21,840 nucleotides of DNA from the NCBI GenBank assembly GCA_036337435.1, contig JAYZEG010000014.1, positions 1 through 21,840 of the forward strand, read 5' to 3'. Within the stretch, counting starts at the first letter, position 1. Each line of letters begins with the position of its first letter. The notes beneath the pieces are model-generated. The model was not told the DNA's origin and ran no database searches. It worked only from the letters and a program-made list of their open reading frames with translations. Below are positions 6,870 through 15,737 of the stretch, in pieces. Source of the stretch: Myxococcota bacterium. GTDB taxonomy: Bacteria; Myxococcota_A; Bradymonadia; UBA7976; UBA1532. The position numbers were made by a program, and so were the translations under genes.

Positions 6870-7646
6870 ATGTCCGGGGTGACTTTTGACATTGAGGGCG
6901 GAATCGCACAGATCACGCTCAATCGGCCGACCTTCAAGAACGCGATTGATCAAGGGGTTATCGACGGCCTAGAGCGGGCGATCGATGATATTGATCAGCG
7001 GGACGGTCTGAGGGGCGTCTTAGTCACTGGGGAGGGCCAGGACGCTTTTTGTTCGGGTGGGGATCTAAAATGGTTGGCCGAACTTAAGAACCCTGCGGAC
7101 GGCGCCAGGATGTCGACCCGAATGCAAGGTGTGCTCCACGCGTTGTCAAAACTCCCTATTCCTGTCGTTGCGGTCTTGAATGGTTATGCTTTGGGTGGCG
7201 GTGCAGAGCTTGCCCTCGCATGCGATTTCAGGGTGTTCGAACAACATTCATTCATGAGCTTCAAACAAACGCAGGTTGGTTTGACAACCGGCTGGTCTGG
7301 TGGCTGGCGCCTGGTTGATTTGCTCGGCTATTCCCGCGCTCTTGAACTGGCGATGACGGGTGAAAAAGTCAGTGCCGCCCGCGCTTATGAGCTGGGTCTC
7401 TGCAATCGAATTGCTGATCAAGGCGAGGGTATGCGGATTGGTCTGGACTTCCTCGCGCGAATGAATCGAGGGGCACTGACGGCGAACGTTGCGACAAAAC
7501 GCCTTTTCCAAAAGGCGACCCGGTCCAGTCTAGAAGACAATATGCGTTTGGAAAACCAGTTGTTTGAAACCCTTTGGGGTGCGCCGGACCACCGGGAGGC
7601 ATTGGAGGCATTTAAGCAAAAGCGACGGCCAGCTTTTCAGTCGTGA
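6870..7646 (+). CDS. Enoyl-CoA hydratase/isomerase (crotonase) family protein, ECHDC1-like
   Basis: Motifs ITLNRP, AFCSGGDL, NGYALGGGAELALACDFR and MTGEKVSA. GAGGGAGGGAGAG Shine-Dalgarno upstream. Confidence 0.9.
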   Translation: MSGVTFDIEGGIAQITLNRPTFKNAIDQGVIDGLERAIDDIDQRDGLRGVLVTGEGQDAFCSGGDLKWLAELKNPADGARMSTRMQGVLHALSKLPIPVVAVLNGYALGGGAELALACDFRVFEQHSFMSFKQTQVGLTTGWSGGWRLVDLLGYSRALELAMTGEKVSAARAYELGLCNRIADQGEGMRIGLDFLARMNRGALTANVATKRLFQKATRSSLEDNMRLENQLFETLWGAPDHREALEAFKQKRRPAFQS

Positions 7647-7664
7647 TGGCTTTGGTACGGATAG

Positions 7665-7696
7665 GCCCAAGAATCACGGTCTCGGGCTGGTTTTTT
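7665..7696 (+). terminator. Possible intrinsic terminator after the crotonase gene
   Basis: Imperfect stem GCCCAAGA/TCTCGGGC followed 3 nt later by TTTTTT. Confidence 0.25.
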
Positions 7697-7749
7697 CCGA
7701 CCGCGAAGTCTATGGTTTAACACTGCAGTCTTGGAGGGGAATCCGATTC

Positions 7750-9126
7750 ATGAGTACCGATTTCGTTAGGCAAGTGGTTGAAGACGCGCGGCACGCGTTC
7801 AACAGTGGAAAGACGCGCCCCTATACCTGGCGTATCGGCCAATTACGGGCGCTTCACACGATGATCGAAGACAATTCCGACGTTATATTAGCCGCGCTCA
7901 AGGCCGACCTGGGAAAACCAATGTTCGAAGCTTGGGCGGCTGAAATAGGAGTGGCTCTCCGGGATATAAAAGAGGTGATGAGTGCGTTGAAGGGGTGGAT
8001 GAAACCAGAGAAAGTATCCACTCCACTGGTGACCCAACCAGGCAGTTCGAGGCGCTATAAGGATCCGTTGGGTGTCGTGCTTATCATCGCGCCCTGGAAC
8101 TATCCTTTCAATCTCGTGATAACACCCCTTATAGGCGCTATCGCTGCAGGCAATGCGGCTGTCATCAAACCATCTGAAATTTCATCCAATACATCCAAGA
8201 TGATCGCGGATTTGCTGCCACGCTATGTCGATAATGATGCCATCAAGATCGTGGAGGGCGGGGTTCCTGAGACAACGGCATTGCTGGTCGAACGCTTCGA
8301 CCACATCTTTTACACCGGCAACGGGCATGTGGCCCGTATCATTATGGCCGCCGCCGCCAAGCACTTGACGCCAGTGACCTTGGAATTAGGCGGGAAAAGC
8401 CCCGTCTATATAAACAAAACAGCGGATTTAAAGACAACGGCACGGCGGGTTGCTTGGGGCAAGTTCACCAACGCTGGTCAGACGTGTATCGCTCCGGATT
8501 ACGTTCTCATTGACCACGAAATACACGATGAATTTCTGGCGCGACTGGCAGCCGCTATCCATGATTTTTATGGTGAGAACCCCCAGCAGACGCCCAGTTA
8601 CGCTCGGATTGTTAGCGAGCGACATCACCAAAGATTAAGCCGCCTATTGGGCAGTGGCGAGGCGGTAATTGGCGGGCAGACAGACCCAGCAGACCGCTAT
8701 ATCGCACCGACTGTCTTAAAAAACGTCGTGCCGGAAGACCCGGTTATGAGCGAGGAGATCTTCGGCCCGATCCTGCCGGTGCTTTCAATCGACGGTGCTG
8801 AAGCCGCCATTCGGTTCATTAATGGGCGTGACAAGCCCCTTGCTCTATACATTTTCACGGGAGACGACGCTGTCGCGGAGTCCATTCTCTCCCGGACATC
8901 CTCAGGGGGGGCGACTGTAAACCACGTGATGCTGCATTATGCTGTGAGCAGCCTCCCGTTCGGAGGCGTCGGTGAGAGCGGGATGGGCGCGTACCATGGA
9001 CAGGCTAGTTTTGACACCTTCACCCACACGAAATCGGTTCTCAAAAAGCCGTTTATCGTAGACCCGTCAATTATGTATCCACCCTATAACGAATCGAAGG
9101 AGAAGTGGCTGCGGCGCCTGCTCTAA
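7750..9126 (+). CDS. NAD(P)-dependent aldehyde dehydrogenase, ALDH3/fatty-aldehyde type
   Basis: Start MSTDFVRQ at ATG 7750 after GGAGGG. Motifs PWNYP, KPSE, FYTGN, LELGGKSP, NAGQTCIAPDY, EEIFGPILP, KPLALY and PFGGVGESGMGAYHG. Confidence 0.93.
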   Translation: MSTDFVRQVVEDARHAFNSGKTRPYTWRIGQLRALHTMIEDNSDVILAALKADLGKPMFEAWAAEIGVALRDIKEVMSALKGWMKPEKVSTPLVTQPGSSRRYKDPLGVVLIIAPWNYPFNLVITPLIGAIAAGNAAVIKPSEISSNTSKMIADLLPRYVDNDAIKIVEGGVPETTALLVERFDHIFYTGNGHVARIIMAAAAKHLTPVTLELGGKSPVYINKTADLKTTARRVAWGKFTNAGQTCIAPDYVLIDHEIHDEFLARLAAAIHDFYGENPQQTPSYARIVSERHHQRLSRLLGSGEAVIGGQTDPADRYIAPTVLKNVVPEDPVMSEEIFGPILPVLSIDGAEAAIRFINGRDKPLALYIFTGDDAVAESILSRTSSGGATVNHVMLHYAVSSLPFGGVGESGMGAYHGQASFDTFTHTKSVLKKPFIVDPSIMYPPYNESKEKWLRRLL

Positions 9127-9158
9127 AGAACACAGACGCACGCATCCTTTCAGCGTGA

Positions 9159-10577
9159 CTAGGCGTCGACAAACTCTACATAGTCGTATTCGATGGGCTT
9201 GCCCTCAATGCCCCGAGGTGGTGGAGCAATCCAATCTGCGAACTGTCCAGGTTCGGTGCATGGTTTCATCAGGCTCTGAACATAGCTCTTGTCGGCGGCG
9301 GTCGGTAGCCACTCATTACGGTGCGCTTGCCACTCATCTGCAGACATCCAATTGCCATCGATATCAAAATGCAAGCCTGCATAAATGCCTTGATGTCTGT
9401 AGAACCGCCGGTGGGGGAGGCGAAGCCGAACATCGCACCCCTCTTTTTTCAATGTTCGGTTCCAAACAGCCACAGTCTTTTCGCAATCTTCTACGTAGGC
9501 GTCACGCAGCACTTCGTTCATCGCTCGCCGTAGCGGCAAATCCTCGATTGTCGCTTTGCCATCATGAGAGTATCGAGTCAATTTGTAGTACTGGTCTAGT
9601 GCTAAGTGGTCGTCGTATAGACGCATTTCTTGGTCTCGCCCTTTGAGGCCAGCAGCGAAAAATGTCGCCGCGTTACTCGAATCTTCGCCCCCGAAAAGGT
9701 CCAAGGAAAGTGCATACCACAAATTGATGTGTCGCTGGACCATGTCTAAGGGAATCGCGCCAAGTTGTCTCGGATCGCCTTCTTTCATACGTTCGGCGGT
9801 TCGCTTGATGATGCGCGCCATGCCTGTTTGGCCCACAAACATATGATGGGCCTCCTCCGTCAACATGAAGGTGCATGTCCGCGCCAGAGGATCAAAACCA
9901 CTCTCAGAGAGCGCACGCAGCTGATATTTACCGTCACGGTCCGTAAACGTCGTGAAACAAAAGAAGTTAAGCCAGTCGCTGCATGGTTCGTTGAACGCAC
10001 CCAAAATGCGAGGACTGTCTACATCTCCACTGCGGCGTTCTAACAACTCCTCAGCTTCTTCTCGGCCATCTCGTCCAAAGTAGCGGTGGAGTAGGTAGAC
10101 CATCGCCCAAAGGTGCCGCCCCTCTTCCACGTTCACTTGGAAAAGATTGCGCAGGTCGTAGAGCGATGGACATGTTTGTCCGAGAAGCCGCTGTTGCTCG
10201 ACGGATGCGGGCTCAGTGTCGCCTTGCGTTACGATGATGCGCCGGAGGATATTGCGATACTCTCCAGGAACGGCCTGCCATGCGTCCTCGCCCATGTGGT
10301 CGCCGAAATTAACTTTCCGCTCACCGTCGAATGGCGTCAGAAAGATGCCCCAACGGTATTCGGGCATTTTGACGTAACCAAAGTTGGCCCAGCCATCACG
10401 CTCGACCGACACGGCGGTCCGCAAGAAAATCCGGTCCTCCTGAAAACCTTCTGGGCCCATTTCCATCCACCAATTGAGATAATCAGGTTGCCAGGCTTCC
10501 AACGCTCGCTGCAACCTCCGATCGTTGCTCAAGTCGACGTTATTCGGTATCCGCTCTTGATAATTTATATTGCCCAT
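9159..10577 (-). CDS. boxB: Benzoyl-CoA 2,3-epoxidase subunit B
   Basis: IPNNVDL N-terminus, YVKMPEYRWGIF, QGDTEPASVEQQ, di-iron ligands EEGRH and EEAHH, DRDGKYQL. Abuts boxC. Confidence 0.95.
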   Translation of the reverse strand: MGNINYQERIPNNVDLSNDRRLQRALEAWQPDYLNWWMEMGPEGFQEDRIFLRTAVSVERDGWANFGYVKMPEYRWGIFLTPFDGERKVNFGDHMGEDAWQAVPGEYRNILRRIIVTQGDTEPASVEQQRLLGQTCPSLYDLRNLFQVNVEEGRHLWAMVYLLHRYFGRDGREEAEELLERRSGDVDSPRILGAFNEPCSDWLNFFCFTTFTDRDGKYQLRALSESGFDPLARTCTFMLTEEAHHMFVGQTGMARIIKRTAERMKEGDPRQLGAIPLDMVQRHINLWYALSLDLFGGEDSSNAATFFAAGLKGRDQEMRLYDDHLALDQYYKLTRYSHDGKATIEDLPLRRAMNEVLRDAYVEDCEKTVAVWNRTLKKEGCDVRLRLPHRRFYRHQGIYAGLHFDIDGNWMSADEWQAHRNEWLPTAADKSYVQSLMKPCTEPGQFADWIAPPPRGIEGKPIEYDYVEFVDA

Positions 10578-12218
10578 TTACGTTCGCTCCCAATTGAATT
10601 GCGCCGAGGTCGGCTGCCCAAAGGCTTTTAGTGCTCCATGTTCTCCGACGGCGTTCGGCCGCTGAAAAATCCAATTCTGCCATGCCGAAAGTCGGCCAAA
10701 AATTTTCGTCTCCAATGTTTCCGGGCCGGCAAATCTGAGATTCGCCTCCATGCCGGTCAGGGCGTCGGGTGACATACTCGAGCGCTCCTCCAGAGCAACA
10801 CGAATCTCATCCTCCCAATCAATGTCATCGGGATTGAAGGTGACCAGCCCGAGGTCGTATGCGTCATAGGTCGGCAGCGGACCCCCGACAGTTTCGAGCG
10901 CACGACCCGTGGACTCAGGTTCACCGAGGAACCGCGTCTGCAAGCGACTTAATCCGTTACCCATCGGATACGCGCCACCGTTCATTGGTGTCAGCTCGAT
11001 AGCAACTTTTTCATCCGGGTCGTCCAACATGAAGAAACGGTCTGCTGCCAAGGCCAACTCATAGAGAGTCCCGACAAAGGCCGAATCTTCCGCTGCGAGG
11101 GCAAATATCGTCTTGGCCGTGTAGTCGAGTCGCTTGAGCGTTCGTTTGATGTAATGTCTCACTTCGTGAACGAACCAGTTGTCAGCAAACCGCTCTAACA
11201 AGTCGTCGATAGCAACAAGCGTCTTCGCATCGCCTTTTGTTTCCAGAACAACGCAGCCTATGTCCAGAAGATTGAGTCTCAGGTGGAGTAGGCAGTCGTC
11301 AAGTTCTCGAAATACCTGCAAAGGCCACCAGTGAGTCCCCGCCGCAACGATTTCATCCACCGATGCAGGTCCAATACTGTCCGGCCCACTCACGACAATG
11401 GTGGCTCGCCGCTTGGCATGGTCGACTTGCATGTCGACGAAGCCGTAGCGTCGGCTGTCGCTCTCATCGACTTCGACGCTAAGCGGCGTCCAATGAATGC
11501 CGCCCTCAGCCTGTTTGTCGGAATCGCCAGCCAAGATGTCGTCCACATGTTTCTGCACACCGGCCTCGAATTTCGAGAGTTTGTAGGTCGCATCGATAAG
11601 ACGCCACTCTACGGCTCGTTTTCCCCGTACACCTTCAGCCAGGCTTGAGAAGTGGTCTGCTAAGTCCCGTCGGACGCCGCGTTTGTCGACGACGCGTGTC
11701 AGACCGCCAGTGCCTGGCAGGACACCTAAGAGCGGAACTTCAGGGAGACTCACCGCTGAACTTCTGTCGTCGACCAAGATGATCTCGTCGCAGGCCAGGG
11801 CCAGTTCGTACCCACCCCCAGATGCCACTCCGTTACACGCTGCGATGTATTTCTGGCCGCTGACGCGACTGGCATCTTCAATAGACAGCCTGGTCTCGTT
11901 CGTGAACTTACAGAAATTCACCTTGAACGCGTGCGTGCTGCTGCTCAGCATGTTGATGTTGGCACCGGCACAGAAGATGCGGTCCTTTCCACTGGTCAAC
12001 ACCACAGCTTTGACAGCGGGGTGTTCGAATCGGAGCCGATTCACGGCATCCGCGAGCTCAATATCAACGAATATGTCGTAGCTGTTGAGCTTGAGAATAT
12101 AAGGTTTGTCCACAGACTCTTCTTCGATATCCATGGTCAGAGTCGCGACGTCACCGTCTACGCTCAACGTCCAGTGGCGATAGCTATCCGGATGAGTATC
12201 AAACCGTTCAATTTTCAC
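10578..12218 (-). CDS. boxC: 2,3-epoxybenzoyl-CoA dihydrolase (benzoyl-CoA-dihydrodiol lyase)
   Basis: Motifs YRHW, LKLNSYD, FCAGANINML, KVNFCKFTNETR, PEVPLLGVLPGTGG and GRLSAWQNWIFQRPNAVG. GGAGG spacing favours GTG 12218 over 12224. Confidence 0.95.
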   Translation of the reverse strand: MKIERFDTHPDSYRHWTLSVDGDVATLTMDIEEESVDKPYILKLNSYDIFVDIELADAVNRLRFEHPAVKAVVLTSGKDRIFCAGANINMLSSSTHAFKVNFCKFTNETRLSIEDASRVSGQKYIAACNGVASGGGYELALACDEIILVDDRSSAVSLPEVPLLGVLPGTGGLTRVVDKRGVRRDLADHFSSLAEGVRGKRAVEWRLIDATYKLSKFEAGVQKHVDDILAGDSDKQAEGGIHWTPLSVEVDESDSRRYGFVDMQVDHAKRRATIVVSGPDSIGPASVDEIVAAGTHWWPLQVFRELDDCLLHLRLNLLDIGCVVLETKGDAKTLVAIDDLLERFADNWFVHEVRHYIKRTLKRLDYTAKTIFALAAEDSAFVGTLYELALAADRFFMLDDPDEKVAIELTPMNGGAYPMGNGLSRLQTRFLGEPESTGRALETVGGPLPTYDAYDLGLVTFNPDDIDWEDEIRVALEERSSMSPDALTGMEANLRFAGPETLETKIFGRLSAWQNWIFQRPNAVGEHGALKAFGQPTSAQFNWERT

Positions 12219-12279
12219 GAGCACCTCCCGAGCACGTCAACACAATACCGCTAACGGTAGCTTTAATTCAGAAAAAATC

Positions 12280-12327
12280 AAGCAGTATATTGCATGTTTA
12301 ATTGTTTTAGTGTGAAATATAGTGCAT
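12280..12327. promoter_or_regulatory. Two BoxR/BzdR-type operator palindromes in the boxC/boxR divergent region
   Basis: AAGCAGTATATTGCAT (12280-12295) and GTGAAATATAGTGCAT (12312-12327) both fit an ATGCAnTATAnTGCAT palindrome. TGCA boxes are the known BzdR/BoxR recognition element. Confidence 0.7.
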
Positions 12328-13144
12328 GAAAAGCGTCAAGGAAATCGTTGGAGAGCGTGTCCGGAATCGCCGCAAAGCGCAGTCATTGACCGTGGCAAAG
12401 CTGGCCGAACGCAGTGGATTGAGTGCGCGTTACATCCTCAGTGCGGAGAAAGGCCAGGCGAATTTATCCCTTGAAAAACTTGAACAACTCTGTGGAGCAC
12501 TCGACCTGTCTTTGAGTGTGGTTGTCTCCCGCGAAACCCGTGGAGAAATAGACGGACTCTTGTCTGCTCGCAGTGCAGATGAATTGGCCGAGATCGCTGA
12601 TTGGATTCGGGACAGATATGCCCGTGCGTCGAAGTCACTCGTGGCGTTATTGGGAGTGCGAGGTGCCGGTAAAACAGCGGTCGGCAAAGGCTTGGCGAGT
12701 CGCCTGGGTTTGCCCTTTGAAGAACTCGACAAGCGCATTGAGGAAATGGCCGAGCTTTCATTGGCTGAAATATTTGCGCTCCATGGCGAGCAATTTTATC
12801 GCAGGCTCGAGCATTCCGCACTGAACAATTTGGTTGATGACGGTCGCAAGCGAGTCTTGGCGACGGGAGGGGGATTGGTCACCGACCCTCAAAACTTTGC
12901 AAGACTCAAAAACACCGCGGTCACCATTTGGTTGAAAGCGACCGCTGAAGATCATTGGAGCAGAGTGATCGACCAAGGCGACAATCGACCAATGCGAGAC
13001 CACCCACAAGCCATGGCCCAGTTACGGCAGCTCATGGAGACCCGAGAGCCGCTCTACGGGCAAGCCGACTACACCGTGCTCACAACGGGTCGACCCATCC
13101 ATGAAATCGTCGACGAAATCGTACAAATTTTTGGAGAATGCTGA
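12326..13144 (+). CDS. boxR: BoxR/BzdR-family regulator (XRE HTH plus shikimate-kinase-like benzoyl-CoA sensor)
   Basis: N-terminal HTH (LAERSGLSARYILSAEKGQANLSL), P-loop GVRGAGKT, ATGGG and QGDNRPM. Divergent from boxCB. Confidence 0.9.
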   Translation: MKSVKEIVGERVRNRRKAQSLTVAKLAERSGLSARYILSAEKGQANLSLEKLEQLCGALDLSLSVVVSRETRGEIDGLLSARSADELAEIADWIRDRYARASKSLVALLGVRGAGKTAVGKGLASRLGLPFEELDKRIEEMAELSLAEIFALHGEQFYRRLEHSALNNLVDDGRKRVLATGGGLVTDPQNFARLKNTAVTIWLKATAEDHWSRVIDQGDNRPMRDHPQAMAQLRQLMETREPLYGQADYTVLTTGRPIHEIVDEIVQIFGEC

Positions 13145-13165
13145 CATGTAGGATAATGTATCCAC

Positions 13166-14065
13166 ATGAATGCAAAAAACTTACAAAAGAAGTCGATGAC
13201 ATCACCCAGGCCATTTCTCAAATGGGCGGGTGGGAAGCGGGCGCTGATGGACGATATCATGGCCCGCTTGCCTGATGGCCAAATCGAACTCTATATCGAA
13301 CCTTTTTTGGGTGGTGGTGCTGTTTTCCTAGAACTCGCTCGCCAAGGCCGAATCAAGCGAGCAATTCTCAACGACCGCAATCCTGAGTTGGTTCATACCT
13401 ACAGAATGGTCAGAGATAAGCCAAACGAACTCATAGACGCCGTTTATCAGTGGACCCCCGATGAAGAAACATACTATGCGGTGAGAGCACTCGACGGCCT
13501 TGAACTGTCGGATGTAGACCGGGCAGCTCGGGTCATTTGGCTCAATCGCCTCTGCTTCAACGGACTCTATAGGATTAACCGAAGCGGTCAATTCAATGTG
13601 CCTTTCGGTAAGTACAAGAAACCCAGATTAGTCGATGTTGACAATCTGCACGAAGTGAGTCGGGCACTACAGAATGTGACTCTCTACGACTTGGACTTCG
13701 AGGCTTTGCTTGCTATGGCCGGACCGGGCTCAGTCGTCTATTGCGACCCACCTTATTGGCCGTTGAGTGATACCGCTTATTTTACAGCATACGATGGAAA
13801 CCCATTCAAGAGCGAAGACCAGGAACGCCTGGCGGAGCTTTTTGCTGGTCTCCGTAAACAGGGAGCTCAGGGCGTTTTGTCCAACTCCTGGACAGACAAT
13901 ACCGTCGAGTTGTATCGAAAACACGAACTTCATATCAGCCAAGTATTCTGCCGACGCAACATCAACCGAAACGCATCATCTCGAGGGCCGGTGCCAGAAA
14001 TTATGGTCTCGACACATCTGAAAGATGGTGCCGAATACGCCCTGCCGATCGCTGCTGACGCATAG
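13166..14065 (+). CDS. Dam-family (D12 class) DNA adenine methyltransferase
   Basis: Motifs PFLKWAGGK, EPFLGGG, LNRLCFNGLYRIN..GQFNVPFG and YCDPPY. The start may be 13196. Confidence 0.92.
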   Translation: MNAKNLQKKSMTSPRPFLKWAGGKRALMDDIMARLPDGQIELYIEPFLGGGAVFLELARQGRIKRAILNDRNPELVHTYRMVRDKPNELIDAVYQWTPDEETYYAVRALDGLELSDVDRAARVIWLNRLCFNGLYRINRSGQFNVPFGKYKKPRLVDVDNLHEVSRALQNVTLYDLDFEALLAMAGPGSVVYCDPPYWPLSDTAYFTAYDGNPFKSEDQERLAELFAGLRKQGAQGVLSNSWTDNTVELYRKHELHISQVFCRRNINRNASSRGPVPEIMVSTHLKDGAEYALPIAADA

Positions 14066-14120
14066 GCTAAGGCGCGCTTGTCGCTTAACATAATTAGCCA
14101 TACATGTCCGTCGACATTCA

Positions 14121-15737
14121 GTGTATGCTCAATTCATGAATGCCCCATTATTTCAGTTTAATCGACATCGTGACGATATCGAACGCGAGGTCGTATCTCG
14201 CGTCGTAGACGGATTTACCAATTACGCAGGTGACGATGCGACGCGCAGTTTTCAGCTGGTTTTGAATGATGCAGCCTATCACGAAATCAATCGGCTGGAC
14301 AAAGTACGTGGACGAGAGGGTCAGCGTCTCGATGATTGGAAGAACCTAGCTCGACGTATCGGTCGGATGACCCAACCTGAACTCCGCGACGAGTTAAAAC
14401 GACGTTCAGAATGGTACATCAAAGATGTGGTGGGCCATTTCGATAAGCGGGTTTATCGATTCGCGACATCTGTACTCCCGCTCGGCTTGGGTGCTGTCTT
14501 CAACACGACCGACCTTGCGCAAGGCCTGACACAAGTTCGGGACTTGGCCTCTCGTATCCGCGTTGAAGGTGATGTAAGCACCATCAGTGAATTGGCGAAA
14601 CGAGGGACTTTGGTCATCGTGCCAACTCATTCCAGCAATTTGGACAGCATCGTCTTAGGCTGGTCTCTGGTCCACGCACAATTGCCGCCTTGTACATATG
14701 GGGCCGGAAAAAACCTTTTTCTCAACCCACTGATTGGCTACTTCATGCGTAATCTCGGAGCGTATCGGGTTGACCGCCGCCTCCGACATGTCCTCTACAA
14801 AGATGTGCTTAAGCTCTACTCGCAAGTTTTAATCGAGCGTGGATACCACAGTCTGTTTTTTCCTGGTGGCACACGCAGCCGGTCTGGACAAATCGAACAA
14901 CATCTAAAACTGGGTTTACTCGGCAGTGCGCTCTCCGCGTTTACTGAACGGATTCTGCGAGGCGATGAGAGGCCCATTTATATCGTGCCGGTGACCATAA
15001 ATTACCCACTCGTACTCGAAGCCGAGACGCTCATAGAGGATTACTTAAAAGAGGAAGGGCAGGCGCGGTACATCATCGATGACGATGAATTCAGTCGACT
15101 TGGGCGTGTCGTTCAGTACTCGGCTCGGGTGATGGGGCTTCAGACATCGATGGTGATTCGTTACGGACAGCCTATGGATGTTTTCGGGAATCAAGTCGCG
15201 GCCGATGGCCATAGTCTATCGCCCGGTGGATCGATGATTGACCCTATCGGATACCTAAGTGTTGATGGACACGTCAGTGCGGACCCTGCTCGTGATGCTG
15301 AGTATACTCGACAGACGGGTGCTGCGGTGGCCGACTCATTCTTGAGGGAATCAGTGATTCTGCCAACTCATTTCCTTGGCTGGTTGCTCTTTGAGCGAGA
15401 ACGTCGGCTGGCACCCCACTTGGACTTGTTTGCTCTTTTGCGAACAACGAGCGGAGATCGGCATGATTTGACGGAGTTATGTGGTGATGCTGAACGTGTG
15501 CGACGACTTCTGGTTGCAGCGGAGGAAAGGGGCCAATTACGTCTCGATTCGGCGATTCGGCAATCGCCCATCGATGAGGTCCTAGACGACGCGGTTCGCA
15601 CCTACGGGATGTATCATCTTCGCAGCGCGGTCGAATATGGTGATGATGCGATCATTGTACGAGACCCCAAGACTCTCTTCTATTACGGCAATCGCCTATC
15701 CGCTTGGGACGACCTGTTACGGGACGGTGTGGCATGA
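14121..15737 (+). CDS. PlsB-like glycerol-3-phosphate/DHAP acyltransferase
   Basis: Acyltransferase blocks THSSNLD (HX4D), AGKNL, GAYRVDR, FFPGGTRSRSG and IVPVTINY. The start may be ATG 14136. Confidence 0.85.
   Translation: MYAQFMNAPLFQFNRHRDDIEREVVSRVVDGFTNYAGDDATRSFQLVLNDAAYHEINRLDKVRGREGQRLDDWKNLARRIGRMTQPELRDELKRRSEWYIKDVVGHFDKRVYRFATSVLPLGLGAVFNTTDLAQGLTQVRDLASRIRVEGDVSTISELAKRGTLVIVPTHSSNLDSIVLGWSLVHAQLPPCTYGAGKNLFLNPLIGYFMRNLGAYRVDRRLRHVLYKDVLKLYSQVLIERGYHSLFFPGGTRSRSGQIEQHLKLGLLGSALSAFTERILRGDERPIYIVPVTINYPLVLEAETLIEDYLKEEGQARYIIDDDEFSRLGRVVQYSARVMGLQTSMVIRYGQPMDVFGNQVAADGHSLSPGGSMIDPIGYLSVDGHVSADPARDAEYTRQTGAAVADSFLRESVILPTHFLGWLLFERERRLAPHLDLFALLRTTSGDRHDLTELCGDAERVRRLLVAAEERGQLRLDSAIRQSPIDEVLDDAVRTYGMYHLRSAVEYGDDAIIVRDPKTLFYYGNRLSAWDDLLRDGVA

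Noticed and set aside
7750..9126. Calling the aldehyde dehydrogenase boxD
   Set aside because: Its motifs are ALDH3-type rather than PaaZ/BoxD-type, and it is on the opposite strand to boxCB.
12246..12259. Short inverted repeat TACCG-CTAA-CGGTA upstream of boxC
   Set aside because: Only a 5-bp stem with no U-tract, which could arise by chance.
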